Virus record (IMG/VR): IMGVR_UViG_3300012663_000288
Span: 1-29,335 of that record
Origin: a virus
Lineage: Duplodnaviria > Caudoviricetes
Strand: one strand, 5' to 3'
DNA: 29,335 bases
Numbering within the stretch: position 1 is the first letter of the stretch; every line of letters starts with the position of its first letter. This document shows positions 8,008 through 17,593 of the stretch, piece by piece. The translations under genes were made by a program, and so were the position numbers. The notes under the pieces were generated by a model. The model searched no databases. It was given only the letters and a program-made list of their open reading frames with translations, and was not told the DNA's origin.

Positions 8008-9747
8008 TTATCCTAAACGGGCGGCGCGTTGCAAACGTACATTGCGTTCATCGGAATTCCTGATATCCGAATCCAACACATAGGCGCGATTGACCCCGCC
8101 GGCGGCGGCATTTCCAATATTTTGAATCGTTGATGCGCTTAATGATGTCGCGGTTGATTGTGGCGCAACGGGCGCGGCAACACTTGCCATTGTCGGCGTT
8201 GAACCACCGCCACCACCCCCGGCACCGGGAACTTGGGTTCTTCCAATATTCCGGACGGCCGAAAAACCGGACGCTAAAATTGTGGCAACCGATGCAACCT
8301 TTTGAATCGTTCCGAATGGTTCCGGGATGATTGTTTTATTCCGCAATACTTCGGTAACGCCCAAATATGTGTTAATTAACGCTTGGGATATTGCCAACGC
8401 TTTTCCGGCAATCGTTTGTTTTCCAACCAGGTCGCCCAATGCGCCTAACGTTTCGCCGGTCATTTTGTAGGTGTCGCGTTTTTGTTGTTCGAATAACAAA
8501 ACCGCGTCCTTTCGATCCTTTTCTAATTTCGTGGCATCATTTATTTTCTTTTGCGCTGCATCGTATGCTTTATTTTCCACCTCCGCTTCCGCTTCCATTC
8601 GTTTAACAAATGCCGCGTTTTCGGCTTCAAGGTCGGCCTTGTCTTTGTCGGCCTTTTCCCTTGACATCTTTATTTGCGTGTCGAATATATCTTTTTGCGT
8701 TTCGGCACTAATTTTATTGAATAATCTTCTTTGCGCTTCCTCCTCCTCCGCAATGGCTTTTTTTTCGGCGGCTTCCTCTTTTCGCTTTGCGATGCGTTTA
8801 TCGGATTCCTCCCTTTCAATCGATGTGATTTGCGATTGTGTTTTTTTCGAAATCTTCGCCATCGATGCCGCTTCATTTTCGGCGGCGATGATCATGGAAT
8901 CAATCGCGGATAATTTTTCCTTATCCACATTTTTCATGCCTTGCAATTCTAACCGGGCCGCCTTCAATGATTCAATTGAACCCTCACGAATCTTTGCAAT
9001 CAAATCGCCACGCGCGCCCAATTCCATCGCCATCGCCTCCATCGTTAGCCTCGCCTTCATTTGGTTAATCTCAATAACCTTTTGCGATTCCTCCCTTTCA
9101 ATCCGGGCGGCCTCTTTTAGCGCCGCAACGCGATCACGAATTGGTAAATTCGCATCCGCGGCGATTTCGCGCGCATCTTGCAATTTACGATTGGCCTCGG
9201 CCGTTGCAATTGCCGAATTCTTTTGCGCATCCTCCAAATCATCCAACGCCTCGGTGATTTCGCCAAACCTTTGCGCCGTTTGTTCCGTTGTAACGCCCAA
9301 CGCCGACAAGGCGCCAATTAATCCGCCGGTGATGTTTTCTATCAACCAAACAAAACCATCAATCAACGGCGTTAAAATCCCGGTGATGAACGTATTGAAA
9401 ACGCCGGACAATGTACCGAATGCCTTTCCCAACGAATCGGAAACGCCTTCCATTTGTTTGAACTTTTGGAATAGCGCCACAACCAACCCGGCAAGCAATG
9501 CAAAAACGCCGATGATCGGATTCGCTTTCAAGATATTAAACGCTTGGGTTAATGCCCCCACCCCCTGGGACGCCTGGCCCAATGCCGGCGACAATGCGCC
9601 CAATTCGCCCTTTAATTTACCGAATGATCCCCCGGCCTCTTTTGTTTGCGTTGATGCGCCTTTTAGCGCGTCTTGGGTTTTGCCTATTTTTTCCGCGGAA
9701 TTCCCGGTGTCAACTTGTAATTGCGCTTTTATATTTATGTCCGCCAT
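8008..9747 (-). CDS. Tape-measure-like protein (579 aa)
   Basis: Ala-rich coiled coils, ANPIIGVFALLAGLVVAL hydrophobic segment, C-terminal KALAISQALINTY.GV and RAYVL.SDI motifs. Confidence 0.75.
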   Translation of the reverse strand: MADINIKAQLQVDTGNSAEKIGKTQDALKGASTQTKEAGGSFGKLKGELGALSPALGQASQGVGALTQAFNILKANPIIGVFALLAGLVVALFQKFKQMEGVSDSLGKAFGTLSGVFNTFITGILTPLIDGFVWLIENITGGLIGALSALGVTTEQTAQRFGEITEALDDLEDAQKNSAIATAEANRKLQDAREIAADANLPIRDRVAALKEAARIEREESQKVIEINQMKARLTMEAMAMELGARGDLIAKIREGSIESLKAARLELQGMKNVDKEKLSAIDSMIIAAENEAASMAKISKKTQSQITSIEREESDKRIAKRKEEAAEKKAIAEEEEAQRRLFNKISAETQKDIFDTQIKMSREKADKDKADLEAENAAFVKRMEAEAEVENKAYDAAQKKINDATKLEKDRKDAVLLFEQQKRDTYKMTGETLGALGDLVGKQTIAGKALAISQALINTYLGVTEVLRNKTIIPEPFGTIQKVASVATILASGFSAVRNIGRTQVPGAGGGGGGSTPTMASVAAPVAPQSTATSLSASTIQNIGNAAAGGVNRAYVLDSDIRNSDERNVRLQRAARLG

Positions 9748-11771
9748 TAGTAAATTCTATTTATAATTTTAATTAATTCAACATTGCAAACATCTTCATT
9801 GGTGGCGTTGAAATCGGTGATTTTATTCAACCGATACAAAACCCCATCAATCCAAATTAACCGCGCGAAATCCAATTTATATATATCTTTAAACGCTAAT
9901 TTCATGGTGCATGTCAACAACCGGGAATCTTTGTCGGTGATTTCGGCCATGTAGGAACTCCAATAATTATTAAACAAGTTATTCGCGGTGTAATTGGTTA
10001 CCGAAAAATCCAATTCTTGTGGCGGTGAAAAACACAAATCAAACGTTGGTGTTATCGGATCATCGACATGGCCGGCATAACCATAATCGCCAAATGATGC
10101 CACAACGCTTGCCCCGTTTTTCATATTCCATGATGTTACCCCGGTGATTTTTTTGGCTTGCATGATTCGGATCACCGAATCCATTTTATCCTCTTTTGTG
10201 TTTTCGTTGGATTTTTTAAAAATGGACGGGTAAACCTTATCCGTTCCGGTGTATTTTGTCAAAACGGAATTCGCGAATATTAATTCAACGGATGTGGTTT
10301 CTTTTGCGAATTCGAATTCGGTATCGAAAATAAAATCGCCGTACCCCTCATTGAATTTATTTCGATAGTTTTCCGAATAAAAATCGTTGTCGGTTTTATA
10401 CTTAAAATTATAATATCGTGAATTAAGTTCCGCCATTGGTTTGATGCGCATCGGTTTCGAACGATCAACTTTTAGCGACCAATCAACCGATGTTGCATCC
10501 TCATAAAACGTAACGAATGGCAATACCTTCAATTTCTTTTCGGTTTCGTAATCTTCGAAAACGTAAAGGTTGAACATTTTGCATATTGTCGAAAAAAATT
10601 CCCGTTGGAAAACACCTTTGGGGATGGTGTCATTTACTACGATAGTATCACCATAATTCACCGCCGTTGCCGTTGGGTTGCTTGAATTGATACTAAAAAC
10701 CCCGGATTCGATATCCAAATCCGAAAAGTTCCCAACTAAATCAACGTCCAATGTATCGGTGTTAACCAATGAAAGGGATGCAACATCAAGGATCGCGTTA
10801 AAATTATAATTGTTCCCGGGTAACGTGTAAACAACGGCGGAAATTGGCGTTCCATTTTTACGCAATTGAATGGTAAAATCGCTTGATGGATTTATCGCAT
10901 TAATCACCCCGGATATGTTTAACGTAACGCTTCCGGCGAATGCCGTTGCGGAATTGTAGGTGAAATCGCTACCGCTTCCGGTGATGGTGAAATTCCCGGC
11001 CGTAACGATATCAAATTCAACATTTCCGGCGGCGGATGTGTAGTTTTTTATTTTCGGCGTTGCGTATAGTGCCAACGATGTGTTTTTCGTTAATGCTTTT
11101 TGATTATTCGGAACAATCAACCGGTTGAACAATGCCGATGATAACGCCGGGAAATCCCATGTGTAACCGGACGCGGTTAATGTTTTTTCCAATATTTGCC
11201 GAACGTACAACGCCGGGCGAAACGTTGTAAAATCAAAATCAACTTTATTTGTTGAAACCGCGCCGTAATCAATCAACGGAAAATACAATCCGGCCCCGGC
11301 GATAGTGTCCCATGATGCCGATATGTTCGTATAATTCCATATTGCATCGTATGCGCTAAAATCCAAATCCTCGATTTTCTTATTTGCCAATGCCGCGACA
11401 AAACCGCCCAGGGTTCCGAACACTGCGCATTCATATTCAATGAATCCATCCTCAATGATGATTTCAAGGATTCGAAAAACCCCGGTGAATACTTGCATGT
11501 TGTCCGCGAATATTATCGCATCCGCCGAAACCGCCGGATTGAAATTTTCACCGATGTTCGTTTGGGTTGAATTATAATCGTTCCGGGCGTTGATGTTGAA
11601 AATGTTTCCGAATATCTTGTTATTGTTTTTCGTTCCCGGCAAAACAATGGTTTTCGAAAACGTTGTGTTTTTCGCGCCAAAATCCTTGATATCATCAATC
11701 GACATCGTTAACAATGTGCTGAATGATTCGTTAATATCAACGGCTTGTTTTTCTACGAACAATTGGATCAT
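9747..11771 (-). CDS. Tail-tip/baseplate-hub-like structural protein
   Basis: 674 aa; SIDDIKDF....TFSKTI.LPGT..NN.IF N-terminus, central Ser/Thr beta-rich insert; TAATG-coupled to the tape-measure-like gene. Confidence 0.6.
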   Translation of the reverse strand: MIQLFVEKQAVDINESFSTLLTMSIDDIKDFGAKNTTFSKTIVLPGTKNNNKIFGNIFNINARNDYNSTQTNIGENFNPAVSADAIIFADNMQVFTGVFRILEIIIEDGFIEYECAVFGTLGGFVAALANKKIEDLDFSAYDAIWNYTNISASWDTIAGAGLYFPLIDYGAVSTNKVDFDFTTFRPALYVRQILEKTLTASGYTWDFPALSSALFNRLIVPNNQKALTKNTSLALYATPKIKNYTSAAGNVEFDIVTAGNFTITGSGSDFTYNSATAFAGSVTLNISGVINAINPSSDFTIQLRKNGTPISAVVYTLPGNNYNFNAILDVASLSLVNTDTLDVDLVGNFSDLDIESGVFSINSSNPTATAVNYGDTIVVNDTIPKGVFQREFFSTICKMFNLYVFEDYETEKKLKVLPFVTFYEDATSVDWSLKVDRSKPMRIKPMAELNSRYYNFKYKTDNDFYSENYRNKFNEGYGDFIFDTEFEFAKETTSVELIFANSVLTKYTGTDKVYPSIFKKSNENTKEDKMDSVIRIMQAKKITGVTSWNMKNGASVVASFGDYGYAGHVDDPITPTFDLCFSPPQELDFSVTNYTANNLFNNYWSSYMAEITDKDSRLLTCTMKLAFKDIYKLDFARLIWIDGVLYRLNKITDFNATNEDVCNVELIKIINRIY

Positions 11772-12913
11772 TGGAATTGTGTTTTATACGTTACCCCAAA
11801 ATCAACCTCAATCATTAAGTTGATCAACCCATCAACAATGTGTTCTTTAAATTCGTAATTATTGGCCGTCATGATGACCGGATATAATTCGCCTTCATCT
11901 TCAACATAAACCTCGGCCGATGTTGCCAATTGTGCCAACCATTGATATTCGGAATCGGAAAGCCAATCCGTATTCAATCGCAATTTTTCGCGGAACCGGC
12001 CCCCGAATTGCGTTGTTTGTTTATACATTGTATAGTTATTCAACACCGAAACGGCCCCGGCGGAACTTACCCGGTATGGCAATTGTTTGAACGTTTTCCT
12101 TTCAACATCGTATGTTTTCCGGGATACCTTGTTGAACATCATGGTTTCATATCCGCCCCATTTATTCAAAAAATGTACATTGTAATTTTTGTACAACCCG
12201 GTACAAATGATATTCACCACATAGGTTTTCGTTCCAATGGCCACCGAATACGTTGTTGTTGATGTTGTGAAATTTCCCGGGTATTCATCATTAATGGCCG
12301 ATGGCGATATGTTAATCAATTGCATTGTATTGGCCGCCGTTGGTGTGATGGATTTCGTCCGGGTTGATGTTCCACCGGTTACAACAACATTAAACGCCGT
12401 TGATAATTCGGCAAAATATGGGATGAAATAATTCCCCGTTGTGAATGTCAAATTGATGTTTGCCGGGCGATCGGATAAAACATCATCATCGTAATTCGAT
12501 AGTGATTCAAAACCCGGGTATCGGCCATTGTAGTAATTGAAATATACGCGTGATGAATCCGTAATCAATACCGCCGATGTTGTTGTTCCGTATTCCTCGC
12601 GTATTTTCACCACGCATGAAACGCGCCATTCACCTTCTCCCATTTCATCGGCAACCATTGAACCGCCAACGGATGCGCCAAATGATTGAACGCAATATTC
12701 GCGGATCACCGCGCCCAAATCAATAATACCCCGGTTTGATGTTGGATGTGGAAAATATTTCCCTTTGAAAACTTGGGTTCCGTTTATTTCAAGTTCGGCC
12801 ACATATTTATAATTTGGATATGTTGCCGGATCGGCGGCGTGCGCATCGTAGACAACGTAAACAAGTGGATCGTTTACGGATGAATATTGAACGGGCGTAA
12901 ATTCGAATGTCAT
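11768..12913 (-). CDS. Tail structural protein (distal-tail-like)
   Basis: 381 aa; FLNKWGGYET..F and LNTDWL....YQWL.QL..S..VY motifs; ATGA overlaps on both sides. Confidence 0.55.
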   Translation of the reverse strand: MTFEFTPVQYSSVNDPLVYVVYDAHAADPATYPNYKYVAELEINGTQVFKGKYFPHPTSNRGIIDLGAVIREYCVQSFGASVGGSMVADEMGEGEWRVSCVVKIREEYGTTTSAVLITDSSRVYFNYYNGRYPGFESLSNYDDDVLSDRPANINLTFTTGNYFIPYFAELSTAFNVVVTGGTSTRTKSITPTAANTMQLINISPSAINDEYPGNFTTSTTTYSVAIGTKTYVVNIICTGLYKNYNVHFLNKWGGYETMMFNKVSRKTYDVERKTFKQLPYRVSSAGAVSVLNNYTMYKQTTQFGGRFREKLRLNTDWLSDSEYQWLAQLATSAEVYVEDEGELYPVIMTANNYEFKEHIVDGLINLMIEVDFGVTYKTQFQ

Positions 12914-13539
12914 TGTGTGATATTATTTATAATGTCAATTTTTAGCGCAATGCCTAATTCATTTTCCATTTCGGTTTTGAATTCATCCGTTGCCTCGCCC
13001 CAAAACCTTCGCGGCCTTAATCCGTTTCTTTTGATGAAATAGGACGCGGTAACGGCGGCCCGGGTTGATGCGTCCATCATTGTTTTGCCTTTTGCTTCAC
13101 GCGCCGTTACGGCCCGGGAAACGTTCCGGGCCGATGCACCTTCGCGTTGAATCCATTGTTTCACCGACTTGACCATTTCGCCATTTGGATCAACGCCACG
13201 CGTTTTAAATGAAAATCGGGAATTTCGATTAATTGCCCACCCGTTTACCCCTTCATCTTGGTACGTTGAATATTCCGGCGCGGTTATTCCGATGCGATAC
13301 GATTTCCCATCGAATTCCATCATTGTCGGTTGCATTTCATCCGCCATGCGCCCGGATGAAACAACATCCTTTTCATTGATTTTATCGGAAACGATATCGA
13401 TGTACCGCGCCGCCAATTGCTCAATAGTATTGTTTACATCGCTTAATTCAACCTTTTGAAAATTGGATGTATCTTCCCCCAATAGGTCGATGAACCCATC
13501 CGCCAACGCCTCATGTTGAACTTTCGAAAACGATGCCAT
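12910..13539 (-). CDS. Neck/tail-completion protein (HK97 gp10-like)
   Basis: SSG.M..., Y..YQDEGV.G and I.RNG.RP..F motifs. Confidence 0.55.
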   Translation of the reverse strand: MASFSKVQHEALADGFIDLLGEDTSNFQKVELSDVNNTIEQLAARYIDIVSDKINEKDVVSSGRMADEMQPTMMEFDGKSYRIGITAPEYSTYQDEGVNGWAINRNSRFSFKTRGVDPNGEMVKSVKQWIQREGASARNVSRAVTAREAKGKTMMDASTRAAVTASYFIKRNGLRPRRFWGEATDEFKTEMENELGIALKIDIINNITQ

Positions 13540-14204
13540 TATTTATTCAAATGTTTTTGATATGATTGAAACGCCTTCAAATACGATAGATCATTAAACG
13601 CTTGGATGATAGGCAAATCGAACGCCTCGGCCAACGTGATCCCTTCATATTCCGCGACTTGTTTTGCCGAAAAAAACCATCCGTATTGATCCACAAACGG
13701 GTGTGGCTTTTCGGGTTTGGCTAATTCATCCCCTTCATCTTCCGTTTCTTCCTTTTCAAATAAACCTTTGTATGAATCAACCAACTCAAAAAACGATAGA
13801 AAAAAACGCGTGATGTCTTGAAGTACATGGCGAATGTTTGTGTTCAATAATATTTCCGATTTCAATTTATGATCCCGTTTATCCTTCCAAATCGATGCGC
13901 CGACCAGGTGCATGGAATCAACTTGCCCGGCCTTCATGAAATGTTGGCATTCGATAAATTGGCCCAATGTGATTTTTGTTGCATCGGTTTCGAACCGGAA
14001 CCATGAATAAAACGGCTTTTTATCGATGTTGCTAAATTGTTTTGCGATGCGTTTCGAATATTTCAAAAAACGTTTGGGTTCCATGTTGTTTACTTCATCA
14101 TAGGTAAGGCCGTAAACATCCATGATAATCCACGCCACTTGGGAAACATTATCATCCCCATCATTCCAAAACGCCGAAAGGCGTTGATATTCGCGCAACT
14201 TCAT
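13539..14204 (-). CDS. Hypothetical protein, possible tail assembly chaperone
   Basis: First gene of the late tail operon; ITLGQFIE and YGWF motifs with an acidic linker. ATG 14204 lies 6 nt after the late-promoter motif. Confidence 0.5.
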   Translation of the reverse strand: MKLREYQRLSAFWNDGDDNVSQVAWIIMDVYGLTYDEVNNMEPKRFLKYSKRIAKQFSNIDKKPFYSWFRFETDATKITLGQFIECQHFMKAGQVDSMHLVGASIWKDKRDHKLKSEILLNTNIRHVLQDITRFFLSFFELVDSYKGLFEKEETEDEGDELAKPEKPHPFVDQYGWFFSAKQVAEYEGITLAEAFDLPIIQAFNDLSYLKAFQSYQKHLNK

Positions 14205-14210
14205 GATATT

Positions 14211-14237
14211 ATGTGGCAATTTCCGGCGGTTTGTTGC
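14211..14237 (-). promoter_or_regulatory. Putative phage late promoter, copy 3
   Basis: GCAACAAAC-N10-TGCCACAT-N6-ATG, directly after a terminator. Confidence 0.7.
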
Positions 14238-14242
14238 GGCAT

Positions 14243-14268
14243 AAAAAAACCCGGCGATTTGCCGGGTT
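14243..14268 (-). terminator. Intrinsic terminator of cassette B
   Basis: AACCCGGC-AAATC-GCCGGG-TTTTTTT on the minus strand. Confidence 0.85.
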
Positions 14269-14272
14269 GATG

Positions 14273-14482
14273 TTAATTCAGATTAAACATCGGAGCCATT
14301 GAGTATGTGCCGTATGGCATAACATATTCGCGGCCATCGTATGATTTGCGGATTTTGCAACGAACAATCTCGCCACGCTCAATCATGATGAACGCGGTTT
14401 TTTCGGTTCTATTCACCAATGTAACGGAAACGATGATGTCATAATTCGTGATCAACCTGGTTGTTAAAGTTTGCTTTGTCAT
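14273..14482 (-). CDS. Small hypothetical protein (cassette B, 69 aa)
   Basis: ORF flanked by its own promoter and terminator. Confidence 0.75.
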   Translation of the reverse strand: MTKQTLTTRLITNYDIIVSVTLVNRTEKTAFIMIERGEIVRCKIRKSYDGREYVMPYGTYSMAPMFNLN

Positions 14483-14513
14483 GGTGGATGTGTTTAATTG
14501 TGTTTTGATGAAT

Positions 14514-14544
14514 CAAAGATAAAACAATATTGTTAAATACCAAA
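14514..14544 (-). promoter_or_regulatory. Bacteroidota housekeeping-sigma promoter (cassette B)
   Basis: TTTG-N19-TATCTTTG (-33/-7 consensus TTTG/TAnnTTTG); spacer holds the palindrome AACAATATTGTT. Confidence 0.8.
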
Positions 14545-14568
14545 TAAAAAACAATGTTTTTTTTAAAT

Positions 14569-14592
14569 AAAAAAACCCGGATGATCCGGGTT
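14569..14592 (-). terminator. Intrinsic terminator of cassette A
   Basis: AACCCGGA-TCA-TCCGGG-TTTTTTT; near-copy of the terminator at 14243. Confidence 0.85.
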
Positions 14593-14598
14593 GATGTT

Positions 14599-14796
14599 TT
14601 AGTTAATCCACTTGATAAATTTTTCTCTCGGTGCTTTCGCCTTTCCTTTGGATTGGAATTGATACCACTTTTTATTTTGGGTGTAGTCAATTTGAAATTC
14701 ACAAAATTGTCCATTGATTTCACATTGAACATAGTTTGAAGATTGAACATAGATTGTTGCAGGATTCAATTTTTCGATAAGTTGTTGTGCGTTCAT
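14599..14796 (-). CDS. Small hypothetical protein (cassette A, 65 aa)
   Basis: MNAQQLIEKLNPATIYVQSSNYVQCEING...; ATG 14796 lies downstream of the promoter with an A-rich leader. Confidence 0.75.
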   Translation of the reverse strand: MNAQQLIEKLNPATIYVQSSNYVQCEINGQFCEFQIDYTQNKKWYQFQSKGKAKAPREKFIKWIN

Positions 14797-14819
14797 GATG
14801 TTTGTTTTTAATTGTTTCA

Positions 14820-14852
14820 CAAAGATAAAACAATATTGTTAAATTATCCAAA
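14820..14852 (-). promoter_or_regulatory. Bacteroidota housekeeping-sigma promoter (cassette A)
   Basis: TTTG-N21-TATCTTTG; 25-bp exact repeat (14820-14844) of 14514-14538. Confidence 0.8.
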
Positions 14853-14880
14853 TAATTTTAAAATATTTTTTTTACCCCAT

Positions 14881-14908
14881 AAAAAAGGCCCGGATCAACA
14901 TCCAGGCC
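14881..14908 (-). terminator. Intrinsic terminator after terL
   Basis: GGCCTGGAT-GTTG-ATCCGGGCC-TTTTTT. Confidence 0.8.
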
Positions 14909-14932
14909 GGCCAAAACTAACTAAACACAACA

Positions 14933-16129
14933 TCAAAAATCATCATCATCCGCGAATGAATATTCGCCGATTGCTTCGAATTGGGATAATTTATTCAACC
15001 CCACATATCGAACCGCATCAATGGCATGGTTCAAAATATCCTCGGGCGCATTCAATGAACGCCCTTCGCGATCCTTTGCCCACCGGTATTGCCTCAATTC
15101 CTTGATCAAGTTTAATGAATTCTTTGTGATTCTCAATTCATAACCTTGCAACCGGTCGATTGATGCTTTGATGGAATCCGGGCCTTTCCTGGCGGCTTCG
15201 ACATAAAACCCGGCGTTTGTTAATTCCGCAATGGATTTCGGTTCGGCGGAATCGGCAACGATACACCGGGCCGAATTGATCCCGTATTGTTTTAAATGCG
15301 ATACAATTTCGGCGTTGGTCAACTTCGTTTGATACAACAATTCGTTGATGTATATTTTCCCATCATATCGGTAAACTTCGACCAATGCCGTTGGATCATT
15401 TGTGAACCCCCAATCAAGGCCATAGGCGATGAATTCCGATTCGGCCGGTATTCGTTCGCATTGTTGCCAATTTTGGAAAACCACGCCATCCAATGAACCG
15501 ATTTCACCCAATCCATAAACCCGAAACCAATTGGCCCAAAAAGCGGAACCATTGTCGGCCTTTTCCTTTGCCTTCAATATGAAATTCAACGCCGATTCCG
15601 GGCATGCTTCATTGTCGGTGTAATTGATTATGATGAAATCAACATCCGGATCATTGATCAATTCATCATGAAACCAAAACGGGTTTGTCGGGTTCCAATC
15701 CAAAAAAACACCCTGCTTTGTCCGGGATGCCAATTCGGTATAGGAATGAAATGACATGTTATTACACTCATTCATGTACAACCAATCCCGGCGCGCACCC
15801 CTCAACTTCGCGTCATTGTCCGCGCTAAAAAATTCGATTTGCGATCCGTTTGCGAAATTATATTTGAAATCGGTTGCGTTCCATCGATCATCGAACCATC
15901 GGCCCGTTTCAAACATGATTTTTTTGAAATCCTTCATCGCGCCACGTTTCAAATGTGGGATTGATTCGGCCACTATTGAAATTTCGCTAAATGGGTTTTT
16001 CGCCGCGATGTCAACCAATATGGGAATGATTGCATAGGTTTTGCCGGCCGATGTTCCGCCCTGGATTCCGCGAACGAATCGCTTCATCTTTAAAATCTTA
16101 TTGATCGCGGTTGTTCGAACGAATGGCAT
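14933..16129 (-). CDS. terL: Terminase large subunit (PBSX/SPP1-like)
   Basis: Walker A QGGTSAGKT, Walker B LYMNE, DWNP coupling motif, nuclease motifs GLDWGF..DP, ADSAEP and NHAIDAVRY. Confidence 0.95.
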   Translation of the reverse strand: MPFVRTTAINKILKMKRFVRGIQGGTSAGKTYAIIPILVDIAAKNPFSEISIVAESIPHLKRGAMKDFKKIMFETGRWFDDRWNATDFKYNFANGSQIEFFSADNDAKLRGARRDWLYMNECNNMSFHSYTELASRTKQGVFLDWNPTNPFWFHDELINDPDVDFIIINYTDNEACPESALNFILKAKEKADNGSAFWANWFRVYGLGEIGSLDGVVFQNWQQCERIPAESEFIAYGLDWGFTNDPTALVEVYRYDGKIYINELLYQTKLTNAEIVSHLKQYGINSARCIVADSAEPKSIAELTNAGFYVEAARKGPDSIKASIDRLQGYELRITKNSLNLIKELRQYRWAKDREGRSLNAPEDILNHAIDAVRYVGLNKLSQFEAIGEYSFADDDDF

Positions 16130-16133
16130 TCAA

Positions 16134-16577
16134 TTAGTTTTCCGGGAACAATGGTTGTTCGATTTTCAAATCGGTTTGGGTTTTTTCGACCAGGTTGTTC
16201 AATCGTTGCGTTATCGATGGATTGTAAAGGCCGGCCATTCCACCGGCGATTTGATCCTCACGAATGACGCGCTTTATACGCGAACAGACATCCGAATAGG
16301 ATTCGTATGCGCCACCCGTATTCCCGAAATAATCATCCGTATCTTTTATGATTCCTTTTGAAAAAACATAGTTTGAAAACCCTTCATAGGTTAGCGGTTT
16401 TTCCTTTGGGCGTTCCACTTGCATTGCCATTCCGCCAACCCAATCACGAACATAAAACGGATTTGATTTTACCTTTGATTGATATTCCTCAAACAATGTC
16501 CACATCATTTCCGGTGATTCGATATATTTTTTTTTAATCGGCGGCTTCGGGTTTGCTTGCTTTTTTGGCTTTGCCAT
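16134..16577 (-). CDS. terS: Terminase small subunit (P22 gp3-like)
   Basis: Directly upstream of terL; ESPE.MW..F.EY, PLT.EGF and G.MAGLYNPSI..RL motifs. Confidence 0.85.
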   Translation of the reverse strand: MAKPKKQANPKPPIKKKYIESPEMMWTLFEEYQSKVKSNPFYVRDWVGGMAMQVERPKEKPLTYEGFSNYVFSKGIIKDTDDYFGNTGGAYESYSDVCSRIKRVIREDQIAGGMAGLYNPSITQRLNNLVEKTQTDLKIEQPLFPEN

Positions 16578-16773
16578 CTAATTTGTTTTTGTTTTCGAAT
16601 ACGAACCGAACCAACTCATTCACACATGGTTGACATCCGCGGAATGAAAATTCGGATTGTGGATCAATCAATTTCGAAAGGCGTTCGAACTCTAACAATT
16701 CCGGTTGTGATGGGTGAACATCCACGCCGGATAAAATGCGATCATAAAGGAATGTTTGTGATAATACGTCCAT
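16534..16773 (-). CDS. Hypothetical protein with a CxxC motif
   Basis: 79 aa, GCQPCV, in the operon before terS. Confidence 0.65.
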   Translation of the reverse strand: MDVLSQTFLYDRILSGVDVHPSQPELLEFERLSKLIDPQSEFSFRGCQPCVNELVRFVFENKNKLDGKAKKASKPEAAD

Positions 16774-16784
16774 TGTTTAAAGTT

Positions 16785-17009
16785 TTATAAAATTTCGGAT
16801 GAAATATCCAATTTATTTTTGATTCCGTTTGCCCATAAAAGTTCGGATAACAACATTGATATTTTTATCAAATCTTCGCCATTTTCCAATGTGATTTTTG
16901 ATTTCATGTTTTGCCATTTGAATTCCACATGAAAAGGTTTTTGCTCAATCGTTGTTTCGCTTTGTTCATTTGGGCCACAATCAAAACGTGATGTGAATGT
17001 TGGTTTCAT
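16785..17009 (-). CDS. Hypothetical protein
   Basis: 74 aa; ATGA overlap with the sigma-like gene. Confidence 0.65.
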   Translation of the reverse strand: MKPTFTSRFDCGPNEQSETTIEQKPFHVEFKWQNMKSKITLENGEDLIKISMLLSELLWANGIKNKLDISSEIL

Positions 17010-17476
17010 AAATCCATGTGTTTTTTTATTTCAATTCTGGCTTTTTTTATCGTTTTGCATATCCCCGAAAATTCAATCCCGGTGATTGCTTCGACCTTTC
17101 GATACGAACCATGCTCGGCATAAAGTTCCAACATTTTCGCATCATACCAATACAACTTTTGCAAAGGTACAACAATGATTTCAACCGGTTGTTCATCGGC
17201 TATATCGGAAAACGATTCTAATGCCGTTTCCCGGCCTTGTAATTTGCGGAATGAACTTCGTTCCCACCGAACCATATTAACAAGCATTTTGGCCACGTAT
17301 GCAACGAATTTGCCCCTTTGATACAAATCAAGGATATCCGTTTCGGGTTTCAACAATAATTCGGTGAACACATGTTGCTTGACATCATCGCGAATATCCG
17401 GCGGTTGAATGCGTGATAGGCATTCCCGAAGATCATCCGACCGGTATAATTCCTCGATTATTTGTTTGGCGTTCAC
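17006..17476 (-). CDS. Sigma70/ECF-like transcription factor (probable late-gene activator)
   Basis: Region-2-like DDVKQHVFTELL...FVAYVAKMLVNM and region-4 HTH LELY....SYRKVEAITGI.FSGI.KTIKKAR; GTG start. Confidence 0.7.
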   Translation of the reverse strand: MNAKQIIEELYRSDDLRECLSRIQPPDIRDDVKQHVFTELLLKPETDILDLYQRGKFVAYVAKMLVNMVRWERSSFRKLQGRETALESFSDIADEQPVEIIVVPLQKLYWYDAKMLELYAEHGSYRKVEAITGIEFSGICKTIKKARIEIKKHMDL

Positions 17477-17511
17477 TTTGTAAATTTACGGGGTTTTTGT
17501 TGTTTGTCTTT

Positions 17512-17547
17512 TAGGGGATGCGCAGCGTTAGCATAGCGCATTCCCTA
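17512..17547. other. Isolated GC-rich hairpin at the edge of the AT-rich region
   Basis: TAGGGGATGCGC-N12-GCGCATTCCCTA (11 of 12 pairs Watson-Crick). Confidence 0.55.
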
Positions 17548-17593
17548 TAAATATTTATATTTATAGTTATATCAAGTTGATAGTTTTGAAATA

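Noticed and set aside
8471-9766. 431-aa plus-strand ORF and many other plus-strand ORFs in 876-24479
   Set aside because: Antisense shadows of well-supported minus-strand genes; low-complexity Ser/Ala/Phe translations, no start context, and scarce TAG lengthens antisense frames.
13786-13810. T-runs (CGT TTT TTT) in the chaperone-like gene as a programmed frameshift site
   Set aside because: The ORF continues in frame with protein-like sequence to a TAATG junction; I saw no evidence that a shifted product is needed.
14439-14750. 103-aa minus-strand ORF spanning both cassettes
   Set aside because: Runs through a terminator and a promoter and overlaps two better-supported genes.
14514-14844. 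25-bp direct repeats as a CRISPR mini-array or att sites
   Set aside because: Only two copies, 306 bp apart with a gene between them; explained as duplicated promoters; no cas or integrase gene.
17481-17488. TAAATTTA just upstream of the sigma-like GTG as a -7 promoter box
   Set aside because: One mismatch to TAnnTTTG, no -33 TTTG, and the AT-rich context makes a chance match likely.
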